Assembly (NCBI GenBank): GCA_021825295.1
Contig: JAKAHV010000005.1
Location: 8,512 to 72,511, forward strand
From: Nitrospirota bacterium
Lineage (GTDB): Bacteria > Nitrospirota > Thermodesulfovibrionia > Thermodesulfovibrionales > JdFR-88
Direction of reading: 5' to 3'
DNA length: 64,000 bases
The notes below the pieces were generated by a model. That model saw nothing but the letters and a program-made list of their open reading frames with translations. It did no database searches and was not told where the DNA came from. Shown here one piece after another: positions 9,461 through 19,699 of the stretch. The stretch's first letter is position 1. Every line of letters begins with the position of its first letter. Made by a program: the position numbers and the translations under genes.

Positions 9461-10873
9461 TCAGGTTTCGGGGAAAATCTTTCCGGGGTTCAAAATCCCG
9501 CCGGGGTCAAAGGCTTTTTTTATACGACGCATGAGGTCAAGTTCCACGGGTTTTATCTCCATCCGGATGAAGGGCTTTTTTGTAAGCCCCACACCGTGTT
9601 CGCCCGAAAGCGTGCCGCCCAGCGCAAGCACTTTTTCGAACAGCTCCCGAAGGACGGGGGTCAGGTCCTTTTTCTCTTCAGGAAGGAGGTTTACGTGCAG
9701 GTTTCCGTCTCCCGCATGGCCGAATGAGGCTATCGGGATGGAGGTTTTAAGGGCGAGGGCTTTCAGTTCCGAGAGCATCCGGGCGATGTTGCCCCTTGGC
9801 ACCACGATGTCTTCGCTGACCTTGTGCGGGCACATCTGGTAGAGCGCGGGGGAGACACCCCGCCTGGCCCTCCAGAGGGCTTCGCGCGCGGCGTCGTCTT
9901 CTGCCATTGTCACCTCCGCGCCAAGCATCCGGCATATCTCTATCACGCGGCCCGCTTCCGCCTTTATGGCCTCCGGATGCCCGTCCAGCTCGATAAGCAG
10001 AAGGGCCTCGGCCCCGGAGGGCAGGCCGGCGGGGCTTTTGCTTTCAACCGCGAGCATGCATTGCCTGTCCATGATCTCGAGTGTCCGCGGGATTATCTTC
10101 GAGGCGATAATGCGGCTGACCGCCTCGCCGGCTGCGCCCACGTCCCCGAATATGGCCAGAAGGGTGAGCACGTCCTCCGGCAGCGGCAATACCTTGAGCC
10201 TTATCTTCGTGACCGCCGCAAGTGTCCCCTCGGAACCCACCAGGAGCCTGGTGAGGTCGTATCCCACCACCCCTTTCGGCGTTTGCACTCCGGTGTGTAT
10301 AAGCTCCCCGCCCGGAAGCACGGCCTCCAGCCAAAGGACGTAGTCCTTTGTGACGCCGTATTTCAGGGCCTTCGGGCCGCCCGCGTTTTCGGCCACGTTG
10401 CCCCCGATTGTGCAGAACTCCAGGCTGGCGGGGTCCGGAGGATAGAAAAGCCCGTAGCCCGCAAGCTCCCGCTGGAGCCGGCCGTTCACCACGCCGGGCT
10501 CCACGAGCACCGTCAGGTTGACGTCGTCCACTTCCAGTATCCTGTTCATGCGCTCGAAACTCAGCACTATCGCCCCGCCCGGAGGCAGCCCGGCGCCAAC
10601 AGCAGGCATCTGGATGCCTGCGGGCATAGGCACGGCCCCGCCGGTCATGCCGGTGCCCGCGCCGCGCGGAATTACCGCCGCCTTCATCTGGCTGGCATGG
10701 CGCATGAGCTTTATCACTTCCTCGGTCGTCTCCGGCCAGGCCACGACGGCGGCGGCACCGGAGAGGCCCGAGGCGTCGAATCCGTATGCCAGAAGGTCTT
10801 CGGGGTCCGTGGAATAGCGCCTTATGTCAAGTTTTAATCCGCTCACGTCACTGCACCCATGTGGAATATTCAA
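9461..10873 (-). CDS. FAD-linked oxidase (GlcD / D-lactate dehydrogenase family)
   Basis: 470 aa. FAD-binding PCMH-type region (VIPRGAGTGMTGGAVP) and a C-terminal GEHGVG motif. Confidence 0.85.
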   Translation of the reverse strand: MNIPHGCSDVSGLKLDIRRYSTDPEDLLAYGFDASGLSGAAAVVAWPETTEEVIKLMRHASQMKAAVIPRGAGTGMTGGAVPMPAGIQMPAVGAGLPPGGAIVLSFERMNRILEVDDVNLTVLVEPGVVNGRLQRELAGYGLFYPPDPASLEFCTIGGNVAENAGGPKALKYGVTKDYVLWLEAVLPGGELIHTGVQTPKGVVGYDLTRLLVGSEGTLAAVTKIRLKVLPLPEDVLTLLAIFGDVGAAGEAVSRIIASKIIPRTLEIMDRQCMLAVESKSPAGLPSGAEALLLIELDGHPEAIKAEAGRVIEICRMLGAEVTMAEDDAAREALWRARRGVSPALYQMCPHKVSEDIVVPRGNIARMLSELKALALKTSIPIASFGHAGDGNLHVNLLPEEKKDLTPVLRELFEKVLALGGTLSGEHGVGLTKKPFIRMEIKPVELDLMRRIKKAFDPGGILNPGKIFPET

Positions 10874-10989
10874 TTTTAAGTGATTTCATGGACCCCAGGC
10901 AACATTGCGGATGTGTGGTGCCTGAAATCAACTATAATAAGAGCGGCGCGGCTGCCGCATAAGAGTGTGAAATTCCTGGAGGCTGAAAG

Positions 10990-11565
10990 ATGGACAAAAA
11001 ATTCCCGCCGGAAAAACTCGCGAGGCTCAACGACCCCAAAAGGCTTGCATATCTTCCGCCTGACCTCATCTGGCAGACCCTCTCCCCCGGGGCCGAAGGC
11101 ATACGCACCGCCATCGAAATAGGCGCGGGCACCGGTTTTTTCGCTTCCCGGTTCGCGCGGAAGCTGGCTGGCGGCAAGGTTTACGCCTGCGACATCCTGG
11201 ACGTGATGGTCGAGTGGATGAGGGAAAACCTCCCCGCGGACCTGTCAGACGCGGTGATTCCCCTCAGGATGGAGGAAAGCTCCGTACCACTGCCGGACGG
11301 CATGGCGGACCTTGTTTACATGATAGAGCTCCATCACGAGCTTGAAGAGCCGGAAAAGGTCATCGGCGAGGCCCGCCGCCTGCTCCGGGCAGGCGGCAGG
11401 CTGCTGATTATCGACTGGAAGAAAGAGGAAACCCCTGCGGGGCCGCCGCTGCCGATAAGGGTCGATGCGGCGCAGATCGTTTCGCAGGTGAAAAAGGGCG
11501 GATTCTCAGGCGTAAGAAACCTCAAGGTCCTCCAGTACCACAACTTTATCCTGGGCGAAAAGTGA
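10990..11565 (+). CDS. class I SAM-dependent methyltransferase
   Basis: Motif I IEIGAGTGFF, plus the post-I and later motifs (LLRAGGRLLIIDW). Confidence 0.75.
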   Translation: MDKKFPPEKLARLNDPKRLAYLPPDLIWQTLSPGAEGIRTAIEIGAGTGFFASRFARKLAGGKVYACDILDVMVEWMRENLPADLSDAVIPLRMEESSVPLPDGMADLVYMIELHHELEEPEKVIGEARRLLRAGGRLLIIDWKKEETPAGPPLPIRVDAAQIVSQVKKGGFSGVRNLKVLQYHNFILGEK

Positions 11566-11633
11566 AAAAATTCTCCTCCATGCATTAAAATAATAAAGTC
11601 TGAAAACTGGAACAGGGGGACCCATCCGTTTAA

Positions 11634-12368
11634 ATGATAGGCGTAATCGTATTTCCCGGAAGCAACTGCGACCACGACTGCTACCATGTCATGAAGCATG
11701 TGATGGGGGCGCCCGTACGGTTCGTGTGGCATAAGGAGAGGGAGCTTCCGGCCGGCACCGAGGCGGTGGTGCTGCCGGGCGGGTTTTCCTACGGGGACTA
11801 CCTGCGCACGGGGGCCATAGCGCGCCTTTCAGCCGTTATGGGGGCCGTGGAGAGGTTCGCGAAAAAAGGCGGCCCGGTAATAGGCATCTGCAACGGGTTT
11901 CAGATACTGGTGGAGAGCGGGCTTCTTCCCGGGGCTCTCCTGAGAAACAGCGGCCTGAAATTCATATGCAGGGACGTCTTCCTGAGGGTTGAAAACTCAT
12001 CGACCCCGTTTACGAACAAGCTCCGGCCGGGACAGGTCCTGAGGATGCCCATAGCGCATGGGGAGGGCAATTATTTCCTGGATGCGGCGGGGCTGAAATC
12101 CCTGAATGAAAACAATCAGGTGGTCTTCCGGTATTCGTCCCAGGAAGGCGCGGTTACGCCGGAGGACAACCCGAACGGCTCGCTCGAAAACATAGCGGGC
12201 ATCGTAAACCGGCAGGGCAACGTCCTTGGGATGATGCCGCACCCGGAGCGCTGCGCCGAGGCCATCCTCGGCAACACGGACGGCAGGCTCCTCTTTGAAT
12301 CCCTCCTGGCCTGGCTCTCCGGGAATTTTGAAAAGCCGGGGGCAAGGGCCTCCGGGAGCTTCAGATAA
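11634..12368 (+). CDS. purQ: phosphoribosylformylglycinamidine synthase, glutaminase subunit PurQ
   Basis: [15 protein letters not shown]..., GICNGFQIL (catalytic Cys) and MMPHPER. Confidence 0.9.
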   Translation: MIGVIVFPGSNCDHDCYHVMKHVMGAPVRFVWHKERELPAGTEAVVLPGGFSYGDYLRTGAIARLSAVMGAVERFAKKGGPVIGICNGFQILVESGLLPGALLRNSGLKFICRDVFLRVENSSTPFTNKLRPGQVLRMPIAHGEGNYFLDAAGLKSLNENNQVVFRYSSQEGAVTPEDNPNGSLENIAGIVNRQGNVLGMMPHPERCAEAILGNTDGRLLFESLLAWLSGNFEKPGARASGSFR

Positions 12369-12379
12369 ACCGGCCGGAA

Positions 12380-14317
12380 ATGGACCTCCGCGTCAGGGGC
12401 GGGCAAAAACGCGAAATACCCGTAAAGGAAGGGCAGAGCATCCTTGCGGCCCTCAAGGCGGCGGATATCTATCTTACGGCCTCCTGCGGCGGGAAGGGCA
12501 CCTGCGGCAAGTGCAGGGTAAAAATCCTGGACGGCCCCGTGGAGATAACCGGATTTACGAAACTCACCCGGCAGGAGCGCGATTTCGGCATCGCCCTTGC
12601 CTGCCAGAGCTTCCCCAAAGGCGATGTCAGCATAGAGATACCGGAGACTTCGAGAATCGCCGTGGGGGAGAAGATCGCTGTCTCCCGCGCTGAGAACCTG
12701 CTCGGGCTGGTCTCCGAAATGGGCCAGGAGATAGCCCCGGCCGTAAAGACGGCCGGGCTGGAACTGGTCCCGCCGGCCATTGGCGACAATCTGAGCGACC
12801 TTGAACGCCTGAAAAACGGGCTTCAAACGGCCGGGATAAGCGGCATGGATTTTCCGCATGATTTCGCGGCCGGGATGGGCAAGGCGTTCAGAGAGGCCGA
12901 CTGGAAGGCGGATCTGCATTATTATCTTATTGATGGTCAAGGCGGGCTTCCGTCCGGGCAAGGCGGGGCCGCGTGCTCCGCGGTCGCCATCTATCCTTCC
13001 CGGGACAAGGCAAACGGCCGCTACGGCGCAGCCGTGGACATCGGCACGACAACGGTAGTCGTTTATCTTGTGGACCTCTCGAACGGGAAGCTCATCGATG
13101 CGGGGTCCACATACAATTCACAGATCCGCTACGGGGACGACGTCATTACCAGGATTGTGCACGCCACGGAGAGGGGCGGGCTGAAGGACCTCAGGCAAGG
13201 CGTGCTTGAGGACATAAACGGGCTCATAGGCGCGGTATCGCAGAGGCACGCGATAAACGCAAGGGCGATCGAGATGGCCGTGATAAGCGGCAATACCACA
13301 ATGAGCCACCTCTTCTGGGGCCTGGACCCCGCCTCGATAAGGGAGGAGCCCTATGTCCCCGGCGTGAGCTATTTCCCGGTGTGGAAGGGCGGCGATTCGG
13401 GCCTTACGATGAACCCCTGCGGGGCGGTCTACACGATGCCCTGCATGGCCAGCTACGTGGGGGGCGACATCGTATCGGGCGTGCTGGCCTCCGGCATGAC
13501 AAGGAAGAAGGAGGCCGCCCTTTTCATGGACATCGGGACCAACGGCGAGGTGGCCGTGGGCAATAACGAGTGGCTGATAACCGCGGCCTGCTCGGCCGGC
13601 CCCTGCTTCGAGGGTAGCGGGATAAGGCACGGAATGAGGGCGACCGAGGGGGCGATAGAATCCGTCAGGATAACGCCCGGCATGGAAGTCGAGGCCGGCG
13701 TCATAGGCAACCACTCCCCGGTTTACCCGAGGGGCATATGCGGCTCCGGCATGATAGACGCGATCTCGGAGATGTTCATGCGGGGTGTCATCGACAGGAA
13801 GGGGATTTATCACGGACAGGAGGGGGCTTTGGCGAAGAGGCTCCGTTCGGGGGAGGATGGGATGGAATTCGTGATAGCCTCCGGGCCCGCCGGGGAGATC
13901 GCGCTCACACAGGCGGACATCGAGAACATACTCCGGGCCAAGGCGGCCATCTATGCCGGCGTCTCCACGCTAGTAAAGGAGGTCGGTCTCTCGCTGGCAG
14001 ACATAGAGAAGGTGTACATCGCGGGCGGGTTCGGCAATTACCTGAATGTGGAGAGGGCAATAATGCTGGGGATGCTTCCGGACATCCCCAGGGAAAAGTT
14101 CATCTTTCTGGGGAATACCTCCATAGCTGGAGCCTATCTTGGCCTCGTCTCTGAGGGGCTAAGGCGGGAGGCCGAACAGATCGCCTCCCGGATGACCTAC
14201 ATGGAGCTTTCAGTCTCGCCCGGCTTCATGAGCGAGTACATGTCCGCGCTCTTTCTGCCCCATACCGACTCAACCCAGTTCCCCACGGTGGAAAAACTGC
14301 TTAAGGGTTTGCAATAG
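12380..14317 (+). CDS. 2Fe-2S ferredoxin fused to ASKHA ATPase domain (RACo-like corrinoid reductive activase family, DUF4445)
   Basis: Plant-type ferredoxin cysteines ([14 protein letters not shown]...LACQS), followed by a long ASKHA-type domain (DIGTTTVV..., DIGTNGE...). Confidence 0.7.
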   Translation: MDLRVRGGQKREIPVKEGQSILAALKAADIYLTASCGGKGTCGKCRVKILDGPVEITGFTKLTRQERDFGIALACQSFPKGDVSIEIPETSRIAVGEKIAVSRAENLLGLVSEMGQEIAPAVKTAGLELVPPAIGDNLSDLERLKNGLQTAGISGMDFPHDFAAGMGKAFREADWKADLHYYLIDGQGGLPSGQGGAACSAVAIYPSRDKANGRYGAAVDIGTTTVVVYLVDLSNGKLIDAGSTYNSQIRYGDDVITRIVHATERGGLKDLRQGVLEDINGLIGAVSQRHAINARAIEMAVISGNTTMSHLFWGLDPASIREEPYVPGVSYFPVWKGGDSGLTMNPCGAVYTMPCMASYVGGDIVSGVLASGMTRKKEAALFMDIGTNGEVAVGNNEWLITAACSAGPCFEGSGIRHGMRATEGAIESVRITPGMEVEAGVIGNHSPVYPRGICGSGMIDAISEMFMRGVIDRKGIYHGQEGALAKRLRSGEDGMEFVIASGPAGEIALTQADIENILRAKAAIYAGVSTLVKEVGLSLADIEKVYIAGGFGNYLNVERAIMLGMLPDIPREKFIFLGNTSIAGAYLGLVSEGLRREAEQIASRMTYMELSVSPGFMSEYMSALFLPHTDSTQFPTVEKLLKGLQ

Positions 14318-14361
14318 CGAGAGGGGCTTTTTTACCCGCCGCCCCACTGCTCAGAAGGCTG

Positions 14362-14649
14362 CTATTTGCCCCCGAGAATTGCGTCTTTTGCGGCCTTGGC
14401 GACCCTGAATTTTACGACCTTCTTCGCCGGTATCTTGATCGTCTCGCCGGTCCGGGGGTTCCTTCCCGTGCGGGCCTTGCGCTTCACCAGGACGATCTTG
14501 CCGATGCCCGGCAGCGTGAAGGAATTCTTGGCCTCCTTGTAAGCAAGGGCCGCGATCTCATCGAGGATCTTCGCCGCCTGCACCTTCTTGATCTCCGCCT
14601 TCTTCGACAGATGCTCCGCGATCTGGGACTTGGTCATCGCCTTTGCCAT
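14362..14649 (-). CDS. HU/IHF-family DNA-binding protein
   Basis: 95 aa. GIGKIVLVKRKARTGRNPRTGETIKIPAKKVVKFR is the HU beta-arm signature. Confidence 0.9.
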   Translation of the reverse strand: MAKAMTKSQIAEHLSKKAEIKKVQAAKILDEIAALAYKEAKNSFTLPGIGKIVLVKRKARTGRNPRTGETIKIPAKKVVKFRVAKAAKDAILGGK

Positions 14650-14749
14650 AAAAACCCGCCTCCTTTAATAATTTTTGTAAAAAGACTGCAGATAGTATAA
14701 AGGATTGAAAAAAAAATGGATAGGGATATTGGGACGGAAAATAGCGGCA

Positions 14750-14956
14750 GGGCCTGCGTCAGATTTGTGGGGCAAGGCGGGGCATCTGCCAGCTCCTTCC
14801 GTTCAGCGCGCGGTTCCGGGCGTAGGTCCCGCCGCGGCGGGATTGCCGCCAAGGGCGAATATCAAGCCATTGTCAAGATGCGGTCCGCCGGTATCCGTCC
14901 GCTCTTCGCTTCTCAGGAACAGGCAGATGCCAGCCCCACAAATCTGACGCAGGCCC
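14750..14956. mobile_element. 207-bp non-autonomous (MITE-like) element, copy A1
   Basis: Perfect 23-bp terminal inverted repeat: gggcctgcgtcagatttgtgggg at 14750-14772 and its reverse complement at 14934-14956. It is flanked by the direct 9-bp repeat atagcggca at 14741-14749 and 14957-14965. No ORF is credible inside it. Confidence 0.75.
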
Positions 14957-14999
14957 ATAGCGGCATCCGAAATTGATTACTTCCGCGATATCGGTTATC

Positions 15000-15890
15000 A
15001 TGAAAGCTCAGGCCATGAACGCGGTGGAAAAAACAGAAATACCTGGCGTGCCGGCGCCCAGGCGCGGCAAGGTCCGGGATGTATACGACCTTGGCGACAA
15101 GCTTCTCATAGTCGCCACGGACAGGGTGAGCGCCTTTGACGTGATCCTGCCGGACGCGATCCCGGAGAAGGGCAAGATACTGACGCAGATATCGCTCTTC
15201 TGGTTCCGGCAGATGGCGGACATAATCGAAAACCACGTCATATCGGCTGAAGTCTCCGACTTCCCTCCGCCGTTTGACTCGTACGGGGAACTGCTTGCGG
15301 GCAGGAGCATCCTGGCAAAAAAGGCGGACGTCTTCCCCGTCGAATGCATAGTGAGGGGCTACCTCTCCGGCAGCGGCTGGAAGTCTTACAGGGAAACGGG
15401 CTCCGTCTGCGGCATAGAGCTGCCGGCCGGCCTCAGGGAATCCTCCCGGCTGCCCCGGCCGATTTTTACGCCCAGCACAAAGGCCGCGGAGGGGCACGAC
15501 GAAAACATCTCATTTGACCAATGCGTGGAGACGGCCGGCAGGCGGGAGGCCGGAATGCTCAGGGACTATTCCATAAAGATATACGAAAGGGCCCGTGACA
15601 TAGCACTGAAAAAGGGCATCATAATAGCCGACACGAAGATGGAATTCGGGATGCTTGACGGCAGGATGATGCTCATAGACGAGCTGCTGACGCCTGATTC
15701 ATCCAGGTTCTGGTCCGTGGAGGGCTACCGCGAGGGGGCGGGCCAGGACAGCTTCGACAAGCAGATAATAAGGGACGCGCTTATCGCAATGGGCTGGGAC
15801 ATGCGGCCTCCGGCCCCGAAACTCCGGGAAGAGGTCCTGTCCAAGGCGACCGCCAGGTACAAAGAAATACTGAACATACTCACCTCCTGA
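15000..15890 (+). CDS. purC: phosphoribosylaminoimidazole-succinocarboxamide (SAICAR) synthase
   Basis: GKVRDVYDLGDKLLIVATDRVSAFDVILP and ADTKMEFG motifs. The start is ambiguous among TTG 14973, ATG 15000 and ATG 15015. Confidence 0.88.
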   Translation: MKAQAMNAVEKTEIPGVPAPRRGKVRDVYDLGDKLLIVATDRVSAFDVILPDAIPEKGKILTQISLFWFRQMADIIENHVISAEVSDFPPPFDSYGELLAGRSILAKKADVFPVECIVRGYLSGSGWKSYRETGSVCGIELPAGLRESSRLPRPIFTPSTKAAEGHDENISFDQCVETAGRREAGMLRDYSIKIYERARDIALKKGIIIADTKMEFGMLDGRMMLIDELLTPDSSRFWSVEGYREGAGQDSFDKQIIRDALIAMGWDMRPPAPKLREEVLSKATARYKEILNILTS

Positions 15891-16870
15891 TGCCCGCGAT
15901 AATCAGGGTCGAGGAGCTCACGAGGAAATTCGGCCCTATCACGGCGGTTGACAGGATTTCCTTCCAGGTGGAGGAGGGGACCATATTCGGTTTCCTCGGC
16001 CCGAACGGCGCCGGCAAGACCACCACCATAAACATCCTCTGCACACTGCTTAACCCGACGTCGGGAAGGGCCTTCGTAAACGGGTTTGACTGCAGGAGCG
16101 AGTCCCGCATGGTGAGAAGCTCCATCGGCATAGTCTTTCAGGACAGCACGCTGGACAAGGACCTGACGGCTTACGAAAACCTCGCGTTCCATGCCTATAT
16201 CTACGGCGTGAAGAAGCCGGAGGTGAAACCCAGGGTGGAGGAGGCGCTGCGGTTCATGGGTCTGTTCGACAGGAAGGACGACCTCGTCAAGAGGTTCTCG
16301 GGCGGTATGAAAAGACGGCTGGAGGTCGCGCGGGGGCTTATCCACAGGCCGCGGGTGCTGTTCCTGGATGAGCCTACCCTTGGGCTCGATCCGCAGAGCA
16401 GGTCGCACCTGTGGGAGATGGTAGTCCGCCTGCCCAGGGAGCACGGCGTCACCGTGTTCATGACCACCCATTACATGGAAGAGGCGGAGGTCTGCGACTC
16501 GCTTGCGATAATAGACGGCGGCAGGATCATCGCCTCCGGGAGCCCGGAGGAGCTTAAAAGGTCCATGGGCGGGGATGTCATTTTCCTGAAGACGACAGAC
16601 AACGCGGCGGCCAGGCTGAAGCTGGAGGCGGCGCTGGGCGTGGCGCCGGAGGAGGAGGCCGGAGAGCTTTTCTTTTCCGCGCCGCGGGCCGAGGAGCAGG
16701 TGCCGGCGGCCATAAGGGCGCTATCCGACATGGTGCTGTCGCTGAGGCTGCAAAAGCCCACGTTGAACGACGTTTTCCTGAGACTCACCGGCAAGCAGAT
16801 CAGGCCGGAGGATGTCCATGGCGCGGACTCGGTCAAGGAAGAGCTGAGGGCCTACCGGAGGCGGCATTGA
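15890..16870 (+). CDS. ABC transporter ATP-binding protein (ABC-2/DrrA-like exporter)
   Basis: Walker A GPNGAGKTT, signature SGGMKRRL and Walker B LFLDEPT. Its start overlaps the purC stop. Confidence 0.9.
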   Translation: MPAIIRVEELTRKFGPITAVDRISFQVEEGTIFGFLGPNGAGKTTTINILCTLLNPTSGRAFVNGFDCRSESRMVRSSIGIVFQDSTLDKDLTAYENLAFHAYIYGVKKPEVKPRVEEALRFMGLFDRKDDLVKRFSGGMKRRLEVARGLIHRPRVLFLDEPTLGLDPQSRSHLWEMVVRLPREHGVTVFMTTHYMEEAEVCDSLAIIDGGRIIASGSPEELKRSMGGDVIFLKTTDNAAARLKLEAALGVAPEEEAGELFFSAPRAEEQVPAAIRALSDMVLSLRLQKPTLNDVFLRLTGKQIRPEDVHGADSVKEELRAYRRRH

Positions 16871-17640
16871 CGGACCTTAACGCCATATACGTCATCGTGA
16901 TGCGGGAGATGAAGAAATTCCTGCGTGAGAGGAGCCGCCTCATCTCCAGCATCGCCAGACCCCTTATCTGGCTTTTTCTCGTCGGCGCGGGGCTAAGCAG
17001 GCTTGTGAGCCCGAGGGCCGGCATGCCGTACACGCAGTTCATCTTCCCCGGCATCCTGGGAATGACCATACTGTTCAGCTCCATATTCTCGTCCATCTCC
17101 ATCATCTGGGACAAGGAGTTCGGGTTCCTGAAGGAGATCCTTGTGGCGCCGGTGCGCAGGTCTTCCATAGTCATCGGGAAGGCCCTGAGCGGGACCATAG
17201 TGTCGACCATCCAGGCGGCGATAGTGCTCATGGTCTTCCCCGTCATCGGGGTAAAACTCTCGGCCGCGCAGATTGGGCTTACTATAATCGTCAGCCTGCT
17301 GGTGGCGTTTTCCATCTCCTGCTTCGGCATAGTGATCGCGACGTTTTACGAAAGCTACGAGAGTTTCAGCGTGATAATGAACTTCATAATAATGCCGATG
17401 TTCTTTCTCTCCGGGGCGATGTACCCGGTGAAACTGCTGCCGCCGGCCCTGAGGGCCGCCGCCAGGCTGAATCCGCTTACCTACGGGGTGGACGCGCTGA
17501 AAAATACCGTCTTCACGTCTGCCGCCAAAGCGGGCCCTATGAGCCCGGACTTCAGCTTCTCCGCCGATCTGGCCTTCATCATACTTAGCTCGGCGGCGTT
17601 TGTCGCCCTGGCCTCGGGCTTCTTCGAGAGGAAACAATGA
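16867..17640 (+). CDS. ABC-2 type transporter permease
   Basis: 257 aa with six hydrophobic segments. Overlaps the preceding ATPase gene by 4 nt. Confidence 0.85.
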   Translation: MTDLNAIYVIVMREMKKFLRERSRLISSIARPLIWLFLVGAGLSRLVSPRAGMPYTQFIFPGILGMTILFSSIFSSISIIWDKEFGFLKEILVAPVRRSSIVIGKALSGTIVSTIQAAIVLMVFPVIGVKLSAAQIGLTIIVSLLVAFSISCFGIVIATFYESYESFSVIMNFIIMPMFFLSGAMYPVKLLPPALRAAARLNPLTYGVDALKNTVFTSAAKAGPMSPDFSFSADLAFIILSSAAFVALASGFFERKQ

Positions 17641-17644
17641 GGGC

Positions 17645-18277
17645 ATGACAGGGCATTTCATCGATTTCTTCATCCATCTGGACGTGCACCTGGGCGCGAT
17701 GATCCGGCACTACGGCGCGTGGACCTATCTGGCGCTTTCCCTGATAATATTCTGCGAGACCGGGTTCGTGGTGACGCCGTTTCTTCCCGGCGACTCCCTT
17801 CTCTTTGCCGCGGGCGCATTTGCCGCCAAGGGCGCGCTTGATATAAGGAGCCTGCTTTTTTTCCTGAGCGCGGCGGCCGTGGCAGGCAATGTTGTCAACT
17901 ACCAGATAGGCTATTTCGCCGGCCCAAGGGTCTTCCATTCGGACAGGGTGAGGCTTTTAAACAGGAGGCACCTTGAAGAGACGCACAGATTCTATGAGAA
18001 ATGGGGCCCCATTACGATCGTGCTGGCAAGGTTTATGCCCATCATACGCACCTTCGCGCCGTTTTTGGCGGGAGTGGGCAGGATGGCCTACTGGAAGTTC
18101 TCCCTTTACAACGCCGTGGGCAGCGTGGCGTGGGTTTCGGTTCTGACCCTCGGGGGCTATTTTTTCGGGAATATACCGGGGGTGAGGAAAAATTTCTCCC
18201 TTGTGGTACTGGCCATTATAGTGATTTCGCTGCTGCCCCCGGCCATCGCCTTTTTCCGCGCCCGCGCAAGGAAGTGA
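17645..18277 (+). CDS. DedA-family membrane protein
   Basis: FCETGFVVTPFLPGDSLLFAAGAFA is the DedA signature. I prefer the ATG at 17645 (MTGHFIDFF), which falls after the permease stop. Confidence 0.85.
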   Translation: MTGHFIDFFIHLDVHLGAMIRHYGAWTYLALSLIIFCETGFVVTPFLPGDSLLFAAGAFAAKGALDIRSLLFFLSAAAVAGNVVNYQIGYFAGPRVFHSDRVRLLNRRHLEETHRFYEKWGPITIVLARFMPIIRTFAPFLAGVGRMAYWKFSLYNAVGSVAWVSVLTLGGYFFGNIPGVRKNFSLVVLAIIVISLLPPAIAFFRARARK

Positions 18278-18312
18278 AACCCCCCGCCGGCAGGCGGAGA
18301 GGGCGGGCAAAA

Positions 18313-19428
18313 TTATGCAGGCTTGTCCCTGGGCGTATCGGACTCAAATGGTCCCCGGATGAACTCGAATTCGGGGGCGGCCTCCTCGAAGGCCCTCATA
18401 ACCCTGGGGTCGAAGTGCGAGGGCATCGTCCGCCCGTCGCCTTCAAGTATTATCCTCACCGCCTCCTCGTGGGCAAGGGGCGGCTTGTAGGGCCGCCTGC
18501 TCACAAGAGCGTCATATTGGTCGCAGATCATCACGATCCTGCCTTCGATGGGTATATCCTCCCCCGAAAGGCCGCGGGGATACCCCGTCCCGTCCCATCT
18601 CTCATGATGGTTCAGCGCGATTGAGGCCGCCATCTGCAGATGGGGGTGGCTCGATCCCTGGAGTATCTTTTCGCCCATTACGGTGTGGGTCTTTATTATC
18701 TCGAACTCCCCCGGCAGCAGCCGCGCCCGCTTCAGGAGTATGTAGTCCGGTATGCCTATCTTGCCGATGTCGTGCATCGGACTGGCGAAGGAGATGGTTT
18801 CGACGAAATCCGCGGGCATGCCCATGGTCTGAGCGATCCTGTTTGAATAGAGGCCGATGCGGATGTTGTGGGCGCCCGTATCGGCGTCCTTGTACTCGGC
18901 CACGGCCGTCAGGCGCTGGACGATCTCGTTGTTCAGGCTCCTCACCATCGAAAGGGCGTCGGCAAGCTCCCGTGTCCTCTCGTTCACCGTCTCTTCGAGC
19001 GTCCTCTTGTAGTCCTTTTCCATGCGGGAGAGCTTGCTGTATTTCACCGCCCTCTCGACGGAGTGCAGCACATGTATGGATTGGTAGGGTTTGACTATGA
19101 AATCGAAGGCGCCTTTTTGGACCGCGTTTATCGCGGTGCTCAGATCGGCGTGCGCGGTCATCAGTATGACGGGTATCTCCGGATGCTCACTGCGGACCTT
19201 TTCCAGCAGGTCTATGCCCGAGAGCTCCGGCATCTTGATATCGGCAAGCACCGCGTCCACCTTGATCGTGGCCAGCGTCCTTGCGGCCCCCGTTGCGTCA
19301 CCGCATGGGATGACCGGATAGCCGTTTTCCTTCAGAAGACATGAGAGGGCTTCAAGGACGAAAGGCTCATCGTCGACGATGAGTACGGCGCTGTCTATCT
19401 TTTTAACCTGCTCCATCCGCCCGATCAT
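18313..19428 (-). CDS. response regulator with HD-GYP c-di-GMP phosphodiesterase domain (RpfG-like)
   Basis: The receiver domain has VLIVDDEP...DIKMP. The HD-GYP domain has [10 protein letters not shown]...[14 protein letters not shown]. The track start at 19473 is probably too far upstream. Confidence 0.85.
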   Translation of the reverse strand: MIGRMEQVKKIDSAVLIVDDEPFVLEALSCLLKENGYPVIPCGDATGAARTLATIKVDAVLADIKMPELSGIDLLEKVRSEHPEIPVILMTAHADLSTAINAVQKGAFDFIVKPYQSIHVLHSVERAVKYSKLSRMEKDYKRTLEETVNERTRELADALSMVRSLNNEIVQRLTAVAEYKDADTGAHNIRIGLYSNRIAQTMGMPADFVETISFASPMHDIGKIGIPDYILLKRARLLPGEFEIIKTHTVMGEKILQGSSHPHLQMAASIALNHHERWDGTGYPRGLSGEDIPIEGRIVMICDQYDALVSRRPYKPPLAHEEAVRIILEGDGRTMPSHFDPRVMRAFEEAAPEFEFIRGPFESDTPRDKPA

Positions 19429-19519
19429 CAGCAAGCCTCCTGTCCAAGTCAAAAAGACCTCAGAAGTATACAAAAGTAAGCAAAAAAGTTCAATAATCGC
19501 GAAACATCAACGTGAACTT

Positions 19520-19680
19520 GCAATTCCCTGTAGCTTGCTACAGGGTTTCCGCAAACTCCTCCCCCTGGAGGGGGGAGGTTGGGAGGGGGTGCCTGATTAT
19601 TCACCCCCCCCTTTATCCCCTCCCCTCAAGGGAGGGGATGATTTAGATACCCTGCGGCTTGCCGCAGGGTGATTCATTGG
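19520..19680. repeat. cluster of four GC-rich hairpins (family D, copy D1)
   Basis: The hairpins are ccctgtag-cttg-ctacaggg (19526-19545), cctcccc/ggggagg, atcccctccc-ctcaa-gggaggggat, and ccctgcggcttgccgcaggg (19650-19669). The last motif, gataccctgcggcttgccgcagggtgattcat, recurs at 36003-36036. Confidence 0.55.
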
Positions 19681-19699
19681 GCCGGTTTGGAAGGAGCTT

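Noticed and set aside
14700-14976. Small ORFs translated from repeat elements, for example 14705-14947, 14716-14976, 28009-28269, 36113-36343 and 35918-36337.
   Set aside because: The recurring peptide fragments (such as PTNLTQA) only reflect the repeated DNA in different frames and orientations. No consistent ORF is conserved between copies.
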